Part shown: piece after piece, positions 1 to 13,100 of the stretch
How the letters are laid out: each line of letters begins with the position of its first letter
Numbering within the stretch: the first letter of the stretch is position 1
Origin: Setoptus koraiensis
Lineage: Eukaryota; Animalia; Arthropoda
DNA: 64,000 nucleotides
Direction of reading: 5' to 3'
Assembly (NCBI GenBank): GCA_048013815.1
Contig: CM106586.1
Span: 20,398,001 to 20,462,000 of the forward strand
Notes under the pieces: generated by a model
The model's input: the letters and a program-made list of their open reading frames with translations, nothing else
Database searches by the model: none
What the model was told of the DNA's origin: nothing
Made by a program: the position numbers and the translations under genes

Positions 1-1374
1 GAGCGATGTGTTTATGGCGAACAGGCAGCTGCCTGGGCGCTCACCGGACTCCGGCGACTGCAGCCAACGACAGCGGCAACAACAGCAACGGCAACAACGG
101 CAACAACAACAACGGCAACAACAGCAACAGCGGACGATTGCGGGCGAAGGCTTCGGGGGCGAGCGAGTCGCTCGCAGCGACCGGCCGGGAAGCGGCCGCA
201 AGCGGACGGGAGTTTTTTCAATATTATTAATCGTCGGCTTTGCGGCTCAGCGACTTGTGGCCGCTGCGGTGATTAGAGTATGGCACGCGGCGGCTCGCAA
301 TTGACAGCCGTTCGCTTCGCTCGCCCTTTCGCCGCTTCTCTCGCTCTCTCGCCCTTTTGCGGCTTCTCTGGCAGCTTCTCGTTGGAAGCCTCGCTTTCGA
401 AGCCGCTCGTCCGAAGCGGCAGGTGCTTGTGGACCGCGAATGGGATTGCGGCGCGTTCGCGCCAGCAAGCCTGCGTGTGCAACTTGTGTGCGATTCGGAA
501 TTGCGCTCGCCGGATTGGCGAGCCGAATTTGGCTGCCAAAGTGCGAATCGCCCGGCCGCGCGCTCCCGATCGCAACATGGTCTAATCGCCGCACCGTCCA
601 ATCGCGGCGCCATCCAATCGCAGCGCCGTCCAATCGCAGCGCCGTCTAATCGAACGCATGCACCGAGCTCGGGATCCCGAGCTGAGTGCCCATAAGCCGT
701 TGGCCGGTGGCTGGGCCGTTCGGGCGGCCGGCGCTGCGCAAGCCGTTGTTTGTTCGCCGGCCGCAGCGGCAAGCCGACAGTGACAGTAACAGTAACAATG
801 ACGGTAACAGTAACAGTTACGACAGAGGATACGCGACGCAGCAACAAGAACAATGAGCGCTGGCCGTTACGCAACAGTTGCAGTTGTTGCTGGCGGGCAA
901 CAGTTACAGTTGTTGTTGTCCGGCAACAAATGTTGCCGCATTTCGGCGGCCAGTCGCACCGTTCGGCGGAACAAGAGGAAGCAGACGCATGATAAATAAT
1001 GGACGCTCTTGCGGACGCTCTTGGTTCGTATTGCAGCGAGCCAACAATGCGCGGATCATGCATTCATGTAACATGAATCATATTTCTCGGATCAACAGCG
1101 ACAGCGACGGCGCAACCACGACAGTGCCGTTAATAAGCCCGGTTGCGCAACAAGCGCACTTATTATCACAACAGGCCAGACCGCAAGCGTCGCAGTCGCA
1201 TAATGGTCGCTGGGTTGCGTAACGGCGGGCGCACTTTGAGAGATGCTAATCGAATGACGACGTCAGCGGTGAGAGTGGCCCGGCTAATTGGCTGCAAGTT
1301 GCAACTGTCGCTCGCTCCCATCGCGCGATCTATCAACAATCAGAGATATCAATCAACTGCGACACTGGCGGCAG

Positions 1375-1670
1375 CAGCGACGACAACGACAGCAACGACA
1401 ACGACAACAACACCGACAACAACAACACCGACGACAACAACACCGACAGCGTCAGCAGGCTCGCCGCAGCGAACAGGTAGCTGCAGTGGCTGTCGCAGAT
1501 TGCATTTGTCAGCGAGTCTAATGAGCTCAGCTCGTTCGTTGGTTTGTTTGTTGCTGTTGTTGCTGTTGCTGTTGCTGTTGCTGTGGTTGTTGCTGTTGCT
1601 GTGGTTGCTGTTGCTGTTGCTGTTGTTGCTGTTGTTGCTTTTGTTGCTTTTGTTGCTGTTGTTGCAGTTT
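1375..1670. repeat. Adjacent (ACA/ACG)n and (GTT/GCT)n microsatellite tracts in opposite orientation
   Basis: Trinucleotide repeats visible directly. They explain the T-rich and L-rich spurious ORFs here. Confidence 0.9.
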
Positions 1671-2925
1671 GGCCGTTGCTGCGGCCGCCGGTCGCTAGCT
1701 GCGCCGAGCGGCCTCTCTCGACGGCGCTCTGTCCCACGCACTGGGCCGTGTGCTGCGATCAGCTGACGCGCACCAGTGCCCTCAGTGAGCGGCTGACGCA
1801 AATCGGCTGACGCAAATCAGCTGACAGTGACAGCCGCGCTGACAGCTGACAAATTGTGTCGCGTCACAGCAGCGGCTCAACATGTCACACATGCCACCAG
1901 ATATGGGGCTATTTGCATAATGACGGGCGACATGTCGCACTGGTTTCGCCCGTAATGCCCCGTAATGCCCGGTAACGCCGGCCAACGAAACTAATTAATA
2001 TCAGTTTGCAAAGAGTTGTACTTTTGAGCGGACCTGTATATTTTTTTCCACTAGCGCCGAGTGAAACTTGCCCAAATATTGCCAGTCGCCTCTCGACGTG
2101 AGACTGTCATGATGAGAGCGCCAGAGCGGGCATGCGAACGCATGAGAAAACTGGCCGCAAAAGCTGGCCAATTGCGCGTCGGCGACCGCCGAGCCATGGA
2201 CCGCCGGCCCATGCGATCTATGGGCCGCCGATGTCGACAGGTCGACAATTTGGCCGCGACTCGACCGTTATTTACTGCGCCAACTATAACAATAACTCAG
2301 CGAGCCAAGTGAGCCAATCATCATGCTAATGCGCCGTTGTTGTCCGACCAGCATGACGGGCGAGAAAAACGATGAGCGAGCGAGAGAAGCGACGAGCGAG
2401 CGAGAGAAGCGACGAGAGAGCGAGAAAAGCGACGAGAGAGCGAGAGAAACGATGAGAAAGAGATTTCAATTTGCTTACTATTATTAGTGAGCCGATTCGG
2501 CAAGTAGATGATTTAGATTTTTAATTTGCGAACGCAACTCTGCCCGGCCGCGCTCTGGCCAGCGCGCTCTAGTGGCCGCTCTGCGCCGGGCCGGGCCGGG
2601 CCGGTCAAGACTGACGGCCGGCAGTGCAACAATCGCACAATTGCGGCCCGCTCAATCGCGCCGGCCAAACAACAAAACAACAAATCACCTGTGTGTGGGT
2701 GATGCGATCATTTGCGTGAACTTTCGTCACGCTTCGTCCACAATGGAAAGTGCCCCACAGGCCGCCGACGGTAATTAAAAACTTGCCAAAAGCCGCGCAT
2801 CCGAACGGGCGGCTTCGAGCGGCCGCTTCGAACCGCTTCTGCTCCGCCGAGGCTTCTGGCGCAAACGAAGCCGGCGAGCGACAACGAGCAAGCCGGCCCG
2901 GCTGACCGATTTGACCGTCTCTATA

Positions 2926-3020
2926 GCGACCATTCTCATAGTGGCCGCTCTCGTAGTGGCCGCTCTCGTAGTGGCCGCTCTCATAGTGGCCGCTCTTGTA
3001 GTGACCGCTCTCGTAGTGAC
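2926..3020. repeat. 15-bp minisatellite (GTGGCCGCTCTCGTA), about 6 copies
   Basis: Tandem units read directly from 2941 onward. Confidence 0.9.
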
Positions 3021-4281
3021 CGGAGCCGGCCGCCGCCAACTAGGGCCACCGCAAGCGACCGTTTATGGCCCGCTGTTCGTAGCGAGCGAGCGGAACGAGG
3101 GGGCGAAACATAAGGATGCGCCGACGAGCAAATTAGCATGCGCTCGCCAGTGTGACTCTGGGCGATAAAAGAGCCAATAAGAACTCTTTTTATCGCCGGC
3201 TCCTTCTGGCGCGGTTCGCGGGTTCGCAGCCGGTTCGCGAGTTCGCAGCGAGTTCTCAGCGAGTTGGCGGCGAGTTGGCAGCGAGTTGGCAGCAGTTGGC
3301 AGCAGTTGGCAGCAGTTCGCGGCGGAGCGTTCTCACTGGCAGCGGGTCGTCATTATGTCACTGGTGCACACCATTTATCGCATGAGTCGCTATTATCGCT
3401 CGAATTCGGCGTTGCGTTTTGCGGCGCCATTCGGCCACCGGTTCGGCTCACCTGTGCGCGGCGCAACGATGCGCGAAATGTGCAAAATGCTGCTAAATGT
3501 AGCGCGTGGGAGTCCGGCCGGCACCGTTAGCGGTCATTTGTGGCGGCGGCGAGTGCGTGCCGGCGTGCTGTCTCAGTTTGGCGACGACATCCGAATATGA
3601 GATCCGAATATGAGATCCAAAAACGAGACCCGAAGACGCGACCCGGAGATGCGACCCAGAGAGCAGATTCGAAGCCGACGTTCGAAGCCGACATTCGAAG
3701 CCGCGATTCGAGCCGAGAGTGAAGTTCGAGCTGAGAGCCCTTACGTAACTCACACACGCTGCATGAGTCATCGCGGCGAGACGGTGGCCGGCATCACGAC
3801 AGCGACGACGCGAAACAGTTGTAATTGCTCATGATTGAGCCGTTCGCTGACAGGGCGCGCACTTGTCACGCGACCATTGTTTGTTTTGTGCTGTCTTGTT
3901 GATCTCGCCCTGTCCCGTCCCGTCCGCTCGTGTCCGCGCCGGTGCGCCCCGTCCGGGGGCATGGCCGGGCCAACACGGCCGCCACATGCCCGACAATCGG
4001 CCACTATTATTATACCATACATTGGTACAATAATAGTGGACATTATGCCAGTGGGCTGGACTGGGCGCTTTGCCCGGGCTCGACGGAACCGCGCGGACGG
4101 ACCGGCCGCCGCATTGCACTTGCACTTTGCAAGTTGTTATATTTGCGACTGGCGGACGTTTGTCGCAACCGACAACATGATCACATGTGCTCGCAAGTTG
4201 CCCGATGGTGGCCGGTATCCGCGCGGGATGCGTTCGCACATCGTTCAACAGCACTCGATTCGAGTGACCCGAGGCCGCGAG

Positions 4282-4513
4282 ATGCGCCCTCGCCGCCAAT
4301 TCCCAGCCAACAAACGGTGGCGCAATACCGACATCTTGTGGCGGCCAGAGCGGCGACATCGCCGACGCCCGACAGCGCCGGCCCGACAGCGACGGGCCGG
4401 CCAGCAACGTCGCCAGAACAATAATGAGCGATTGCGTGAGCTGGCGCTGATTGCAACTGTTGCAATTGCATTAATCGTTGGCCCGGCCGACTGCGCAACC
4501 CATGCGGCATGCG
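4282..4513 (+). CDS. Candidate first coding exon of the FAS1 gene (signal-peptide-like stretch)
   Basis: An in-frame ATG at 4282 leads to LALIATVAIALIVGPADCA, ending at a phase-1 donor (TGCG|gtaggc) compatible with the phase-1 acceptor at 8025. There is no homology support. Confidence 0.3.
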
Positions 4514-5714
4514 GTAGGCACGGCAGCGGAGCGGCCGGATAACGCCATAATGCCGAGGCAACACGCTCACGCCACTTGCGGCCGCGGAGCGGCAAGTGGC
4601 CGGCGCTCGGTAGCCGCGGCAACCCCATCGCTTTCGTCATTGTTCCCGCCGGCCGCTGATCTCGCCGGCCGCTGATCTCGCCGGCCGCTGATCTCGCCGG
4701 CCACTGATCTTGCCGGCGAACGGCCGGCGATCTCGACAGCGAACGAGCGGCGAACGGCCGGCGAGTTGGCGAAATCAGTTTGCGCCGCGGAGGCAATCGT
4801 GTGAGAACTGGACGAGAGCGCCACCAGGCGCACAGGTGAAGAAGCGCACGCATTGCGCAACGCTCTCGTTGGCCCGGGCTGCCATGATGAGGCGAGTGCG
4901 ATGCGCACACTCATTTCATCATCGTCGTATCATATTTTATCGCATGTTGCGCCAAACGCCAGACGATTTTTAGGGCTATTTTTAGCCGCTTCGGCCGCGG
5001 CTCAGATTTGTGGCCGCCGTTACACTTATAACACCATTCTAATTTTCTCTTGGTCAAGGTGATTAGTTGCAATTGGACAATTGGTCGTCGAGACGCCGCC
5101 GAGATGGCGGCCGATTGGCGCCTCCATCTTGCGAGCCGCCAGTGCCGGCCCACAGCGGCCAGTGAATTCCGCCAACTGGCCAACAGAGATCGGCCGCAGA
5201 AATCGGCCATTCAGAAGCCGCGAGAGTCTCCAATCAGAAATTTGACGGCGATGGGCAATAATTCAGAATGGTTCCAATTCGCACAAATTGCTATTTAATT
5301 GCAATGTGTGTGCAATTGGCGCCGTCTAGACCTGTCTAGACAATTGCGCCGTTTGTGATTTGCATCACAAACGGCTGCACAACTCATCACTCTCGCCGGT
5401 CACGGCCGGCCCGGCGCACCGCGAAGGCGCCTTGCGGCCGGGTCGCTGCTCGTGACTCGGGCCGCAATTAGCCGCATATTAGACGCAGGGCCGCTAATGA
5501 GTTTGCATGCGAAACAGCTTTGTTGGCCGGCCTGTCGGTGATCTCGCTGGCCAGCTTGTTGGCAAATTGCAAATTATTTGGAGCATCGGCGCGCGACCGT
5601 AATGGCCGAATTTGCATTTAGAACGCTTGTCGGCCGTCAGCTCGTCGGCTGGCCGGCGCGACCGCGCTCGCGAACCTTGTGCCGTCCCGGCGAGAGCCCG
5701 GCAGCGGTCGGCGC

Positions 5715-5794
5715 GTCGGTCGAGCCGCGGCGAAGCGCCGATCGAGCGCCCGCAGTCGGTCGAGCCGCGGAGAAGCGCCGATCGAGCGCCCGCA
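5715..5794. repeat. 40-bp tandem duplication
   Basis: GTCGGTCGAGCCGCGG(C/A)GAAGCGCCGATCGAGCGCCCGCA occurs twice. Confidence 0.9.
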
Positions 5795-8024
5795 ATCGCG
5801 ATCGCGCCAGCTCGAAAGAGTTGCGCAACGAGTCGGGCGCCAAGCGACAGGCGAGCGAGTTTTGTCGGGAGTGTGCTGTCGGCGTGGCGCAGTTTGGCGT
5901 TTGGCCGGCGCCGCTAATTGCGTTGCGCCCTAATGCGAGCGACACCGCCGATCCGGCGATACTGGCGCGCATCGGCGGATCGCTATATCTGTCCATAAAT
6001 CGGCGCTTTATATACCATATATTGGCAGTGTATATAACATATATTTTATATTGGCGCGTCAACATTGGCGCAGCAAGACTGTCGAGCTCGGCCGGCGCCG
6101 GGCAATTGGCCGGCGATCGAGCGAGAGAGAGAGAGAGAGAGCGAGAGTCTCGTCGAGAGGAGATTGGCGCAACAGGTGATTGTTTTTGCGGCCAACTCGC
6201 CGTTTTGGGCAGCTTATTGCGGCGTTGGTAGCGGCGCCGGCCACTTGCATTTGCATATCGATTAGTATTTGTATCTGGTCGTATCGGGGCATCGATTGGC
6301 CGATGATATCATCGAGACGATGAGCCGACCATAAGCGGTTAACAGGTAACACAATCGCAATAGGTGGTGTTGCTATAAGCCGTGTTATTGATCTACATAA
6401 TCATTGTCTCTCGTTGGCAGATAAGCGGCCCTTTGCACTTGCCGTCGATGCAACAGCAACGGCAACAACAACGGCAACAACAACGCCAACAACAACAACA
6501 ACAACAACGCCAACAACAACGCCAACAGGTGAGTGTCTGGCATGTCGGCGCTCACCTGTTGCATGTTGCGTCATATTAGAGCAAAAGTTGTCGATGGCCG
6601 CTGGTCGCTCGTCGGCCGGTCAGCGGCTGGCGAATTGTGATGTGATGTGGCATGAATGATGAGTATCATCAGAGAGTGTATTATGACAGACAATAATTTA
6701 GGCGAGCGCCGGCGCCACTTCTGTTGCGCAATGCGCCCGTTACGTCGTGTAATCTGCCCGTTATGTTGCGTAATCCTTGTCGCTCGTCGCTGTCCAACAG
6801 CAACAACCACAGCAACAGCAACAACCACAGCAACAGCAACAACGACGCCGTTGTTGTTTGCGACTATTTGCGGCAGTTCCGACAGACACCGCATACTCGC
6901 CGCACATCGATGCTCATGGGTGCCCGCCGACGGGACAAGAGCGCGCGACGTCCGCTCTCACTCGGCGGAACTCGCAACTTTGTCCGCTCATCTCGCCCGC
7001 TGTCCCGTCTGGCCAGTGTGTCCGGCCCGGCCGACGCACTCGAGCGATGGGGCCGCGTTCACTGTGCGCCCCGTTCCATTGTTTGCGTTCGGCCGACGAT
7101 CGTCATCAATTGGATCATCTCAGGTTTGGTTGCGTTCTAATCCACGGCGCTGTCGCGGGCGCTGTTGTCGGCGCTGTGGCCAATTGACCGTCTAAATTGT
7201 CTCGCTGCCACAGAGTGGCTGGCAGGCACATTTATGAGCGGTTACGCCATTACGCAACACACTGGCCATTACATTGGCTAACATGATGCCGGCCGGACAC
7301 TGGAGAGCGCCGGCTAATAGCGATCAGCAAACAACAAACAACAAATAACAAATAGCCAATAGCAACTACAATTGTGCGCTGTGATATCAATCAGCGCCCG
7401 ATCATGGCCGCAACTCTTTCGCTGAGTCGGCCCGTTGGCCACTCTCACTGCGCCGAGCCTTCGCTCGGCGTCGGACAAATAGGCTGACTCTTCGAGACAA
7501 CAGCACGGACATTGCAGCGGCCGGCTATTAGATGTTGGCGTTAGTCAACTGACGCGCTGACTGATAGTTCAACGAACTCACCTGTCCGAAGGCAAACCGG
7601 CGAGCACACAAACGTACCTCGGGGTGTCAATAATGCCAATCATCGCAAGCGGCCAGTTGCGTCATCGCACACACACACACACACTGGCCGTCGGACGGCG
7701 CAACTGGCCAATCACGGCACCCCCGTTGCTGTGGCCAGTGATTGGCCAACAGCAACACTTGTGCGTGTGTTATGCAAAAACAACAACAACAACAACACTT
7801 TTACTTTAACCCTATCGAGGCCTATCGATTGCGGCCCGACACTGTCGGGCCGGCGGTGTCGGGCCGGCAGTGTCTTATCGCCGCACAATGTCGCTCCTTA
7901 TCGCTGCACAATGTCGCTGCTCGCGACACTCGAGCGCTCTCTGGCGCAATCATATCCGCTCCGGCGAAACAAAAGACAACACAGCTAACCATTGATTCGT
8001 TCATTTTGCACCTATCGCCACCAG

Positions 8025-10074
8025 ACGGACCCTTCACAGTTTTTGTGCCAAGCAACGAGGCCCTGCGCAAGATCCCCGACGAAGAGCTGGACCTCATCAA
8101 GAACAATACCACCGCCCTGAAAGGTAAGCGCATCACACATTTCGACCTTTCCACAGCTCGACATTTTGACATTTCGACACTTTGACACTTGACATTTTGA
8201 CATTTTGTGAGCTGCGTCCCTTCGCTCGGCTCCTACGGCGGAGCTGCCCTCGATTGTGCCCTTCGGGTGCACCGTCGTGCACCGTCGTCTTTATGGTATC
8301 GCAGCGCTGGTGATACAATAAAAAACAACATCAACTCAGTGTCGCCCGTGAGTGCGCAGTCGCTTCCTTATGACTCACAAGTTATGAGCACTGTTGCGGT
8401 TGGCAGAGTGACCGGAAATCAGTTTGTTGCTTGTCAGTGCGCAGCGTTATTTTTTTATTTTTCTTTTTTTTGACGGGGGAAAGGCAGTTTGCGCCAATCG
8501 GAGCTGCACAAGTCAGTGATATACAATAATAACAGTGGTGGCAATAAACTAAAACTAGACCAAACTAAACTGAACTGACCTATCGAGGATGGCCCAACAA
8601 GTGGCTTGTGCGTCGCTGCTTGTGTTATCGCACGACTCACAGACTGTGAATCACAGTGATAACAGAGCGAAAATTTGCTACAAGTCGCGCACAGATAAGG
8701 CACTCACAAACCGGATAAAGTTGGGCCCGGTGGCACAGAATTGGCCCAAAGTTGGCCAAATTCGGCCGAATCGCCCAAAGTTGGGCCAAAGTGGCCTAAA
8801 GTTGCGCTAGAGTGGCCTAAAGTTGCGCCAAAGTGGCCTAAAGTTGGGCCAAAGCGGCGAGACGGCACACCAGATTGGATGCCGAGACGCGATTGTCATG
8901 CCGGTGATGGCGGCAATGGTGGCAGCAGACGGATTGGCGCTCTGTCATCTCAATTGGCTCACAAGGTAAACCTTGTCAGTTGGCCTGACAGCTTGGGCTG
9001 AACTTGTTGGCACGATCTTGAATTGACAATTGCACGCCAGCATCCCGTTGATCCGATTGTCGGCAGCCAGCGATCGCTGGACGGAGCGCCAAGATCAACA
9101 AGTGGCCGCACATGAGCGCCGCACATTGACGCCGTATTAGGCCGTATAAGAGGCCGAAGAGCGCGATTGGAGCTCGGCCCACGAGCCAACGAGCCCGACA
9201 GATGATGCAATAACATGACGGAGTCATTATTTTGGCAGCCTGTCGCCGGTAGTTCACCTGTTGGCCGCACCGCAATGGGCAGTGCGGTCGGCAGTGCGGT
9301 CGGCAGTGCGCGTCACATCCGGTGCCAGCATCGCTGGCCCAGCTACAGCAGGTGACCAACCGGAAGTGGGCAACCTTGATCCCATTGTGTTTGGGTGCGC
9401 GCGAGTGTGCGTGCACTAAAGGATTAAACATTCTTACGGCGACGCCGGCCGAGTTACTTTACAACTCATGTTCAGCTGGATATAACATGATACAACAGTT
9501 GGCGAGTAGGAAGTGCCCGTTACCGTTGGCCATAGTCGGCCAGCGGACGGCCCGACTGACACTGGTGGATTGAACTGATTCGAATCGTGAATTGATTCTT
9601 TATCGCTTTACAGCAGTGATTTTTGCATGCAATGTGCGATATTTGATGTTCTTGATCATGTGCGAATACGCAATATGGATCTGCCTTGTTGTTGATACTC
9701 ACACTTGTTGTCGGTCGCAAATTTGCACCGACGGCCCACGTCTACCGGCCGACACCGACGTGTTTATGGCCCCGTCGATAACGACAATCACACATTCGAG
9801 TTTGGATCCGAATTTGAATTTGAGTTTGGATCCGAATTTGAATTCGAAGCCGAATTTGAATTTGAATCCGAATTCGAATGCATTCGTCCCACTGTTACAT
9901 ATCCATACTCGTACTCTTTTATGGCGCCACAAGCGATTGACCGATCGACCGCGGCCCACTTTCGCCAGCCGACAGCATCAACCGGCATCCAGTGGCACTG
10001 ATTATTATTGTTGTCGCATTATTGTCGTATTTGCATTGGCTGCCCACAATTGTCGGCTCACAATTCGCCTGTCT

Positions 10075-10143
<69 letters not shown>

Positions 10144-13100
10144 GCGTGGGGCAAGCTAACAAGCGCATCAAATTGCACCTGTCGCTGGCGCTTGCAGTGT
10201 CAGATTAATGTCAGACGACATTAATCTGACAGCCACTAGTCGTCACCTGTCGATTGGCTGACAGTCGGTGTGACCAGTGTCGCACCTAACAAACCGACCG
10301 ACCGGCCATCATTGACCGCTCGCCACAAACCACTGACCAGCCTGAACAAATGTGACATTGGCCTGACAGTTGACACTCAGCTGACTGTCAGCCAACTGTC
10401 AGGCCAATTGTCAGCTGACTGTCAGGCTAATTGTCGAGCGCTGTCAGCTGGCATGGCGCGTTGTCAAGTTCACGCCATCGCATCAGCGGCCGTTTTGAAA
10501 GTGGCCCGTCAACAATATAAGCCGCGATTTCATTATAATGGCCACACAAGTAAGGGCAACAACAACAACGACATTATACTGTCAACATAAACAACCAACG
10601 ACAACAACAATTAACATGATATTGCTCCGCTTGTTCGCACTTGTTGCTGTTTGTCACAGGGCAAACCGGCGATCAACGTTAGCCAACGAACAGATGAGAT
10701 ATTTATTAGACAGTGTGTTTATTAGAGAATTGATGTCACCAAAATCAATTCTCTATCAAATTCCCGTTCAATTCAATCAGCTCGTGCTGCCACCTATCCG
10801 ACAATTGTCAGCTGACAAGTTGTTGTGACTACCACAAATTGCCGGCGAGACAAAACCAGCCAACTCTCACCTGTTGTCCAACTCGCATAATTTACTGTAA
10901 TTCATTGTTCAATGATTTACCCCTACAGAGGCCAGTTTGATTTCCGGCGCAATTTCGCACAAACTAGCACACTTGTGGCTCTAAACTTTGTTTGCATCGT
11001 TCCATTGGCCGCTTCGTTGCCGCTTCATTACCGCGACGGCGAGTTGCGTCATCTGACCATTTGACCAAACTGATCAAATTGAGCCCACGAGCCAGCATCA
11101 TAAGAGCCAAACGAGTGTTGCGAGAATGGAGTGTCTCGAGTTGAGAGTCTTGACAGTTTGAGGCCGCGAATGGTGCCACCTATCGACGAAAGCGAACAAA
11201 TAATAACAAGAGATAATAATTTTTCCACAGTGATTATCTCATTGGCGCCAGCCGATCAGCTGAATGTTATCCGTTATTTGCCGTGGGCTTGCATCGCAAC
11301 TAATGTTATGCTTTGTTTTATTCCCTCCTGTATCCACTACTACCGACTTGGACCACTTAACACAACAAACAAATGCACACATGACTTTATCACAAAACGT
11401 ATCATATTAATCACTTGCGATCCTTGTAAATTGACTTGCAATCTCGCGTAATGTTAATATTATTATTATTATTATGTAACTTGTTACCTGTTGGCTTGTT
11501 GATACATTGCCACTTATCACGTCTGGCCCACTGGCGCCTGACTACGCCTACCTGGTGTTGGAACAAACAACAAAAACAACAACCACTCAAATGTAACTAT
11601 TATTAATCCGGCGCGCTAACACCAATCTGCATAACAATCATCATGGCCATGTCATGGCTATTGCCAACCTATGGCGATGAATAATTGGTTACTCAAACCC
11701 TCATGTCGGTGATGACCCTTATCGGCGGACTCGAAACCAACAACGCCGCTCAAATAAACCTTGTCCGCTTGAAACGTATTAACTTATTAACGTAAAAATG
11801 GATAAATGGCCGAATGGCCGAATGAATGGCATAAATATTTGCAAATAAATGGAATAAATGAATGGATAAATGAATGGCCCAACGAACTGCTGCGAATGAA
11901 TGCAACTGAACTGCCAAACGGTAATGCAATGAAATGGTGGCGATATGACGGCTCAATGCTTGCCATGGTGTAATCTAATGAAATCAAACTACGCTATTGC
12001 GATCAAACGCAATCAAACCAAATCAAACGGACGGACCGGGCCGAACGGAACGCCAATTGTAAATGGACATTGCAATGAAACAACACCGACAACAACAACA
12101 CCGACAACAACAACACCGACACCGACAACAACAACAACAACATCGAAAACAACAACAACAACGACTGCGACGACGACGCGCCAATGAATGAGCAGAGTTT
12201 CTCATGTATCATGTGGTGAATGGTAGTTATTTTAGTCAAGATTTGAGAGACGGACAACAATTGGCAACTTTATTTGATAATAAACCACTACAAGTTGGTG
12301 TCAGAGTTGATGGATGCTCACGTAAGTAATGCCGTCTCGCCACTGACATGGTCAAGCGCCGGCTCATATCTGGCGCATTATTGCCCTCGTCGACATTACA
12401 TCACTCACTTAGGCCTTGTTGCAGCAACAAGCACGGCAACAACAACACCAGCAACAACAGCGGCAACAACCACTGTGGCACCATAATAGGCAACCTGTTG
12501 ATTTGAATTGAAATGATAGCGTCGTCTCGATTAAGCGTTCCGTCTTGAGCGCTATCTGTGAGAACGGCCAGCGAGGGGAGCTATGGCCGGCGAGATGGCC
12601 TATGGTTAATAATAGATGTCATTGGATAAACAACAACCATCGTTTCAACTAGAAAGAGATTTAATCACGGCCACTTGTGTGAATGCTCTCATGATCGCTC
12701 CATCATCATATCTGGCTGGCCAACATGATAAATTCAGTCCGTCCACTCAGACCCATGATTGCGTTTTGCATTTGTTTGCGCCGTGGTGGGCTTGATTAAA
12801 ACTTTCCGGCCAAGCTCGGCCCGCTTCCAGCTTGGCGTCTCGACAACAAGGTCTCGACAACAAGGTCTCGCTCGCATCTCGAATCGATCACGATCGCCAG
12901 TGTGCCATTTCACGGGCCACCATTTCGCGAGCACAAATGGCATGAATGGATGCTCTTTGCAGTTAATTAAACCGTCAGTTGTTGTCGCTGTTGACGCGGT
13001 TACACTGGTCAACACTGGTTGGTGTTGTTGTTGTTGTTGGCTTAAAACAACGACCTTTCGCCGCCGACGGGCCAACTGCGCTGAGAACTTCTCGCGGCCT

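Noticed and set aside
6-7195. Dozens of overlapping 60-280 aa ORFs in the GC-rich first 7 kb
   Set aside because: They overlap in all six frames, are R/A/Q/T-biased by microsatellites and high GC, and contain no recognisable domain.
9796-9885. GAATTT/GAATTC hexamer run as a heat-shock element
   Set aside because: The spacing does not fit nGAAnnTTCn. It is a simple 6-bp microsatellite.
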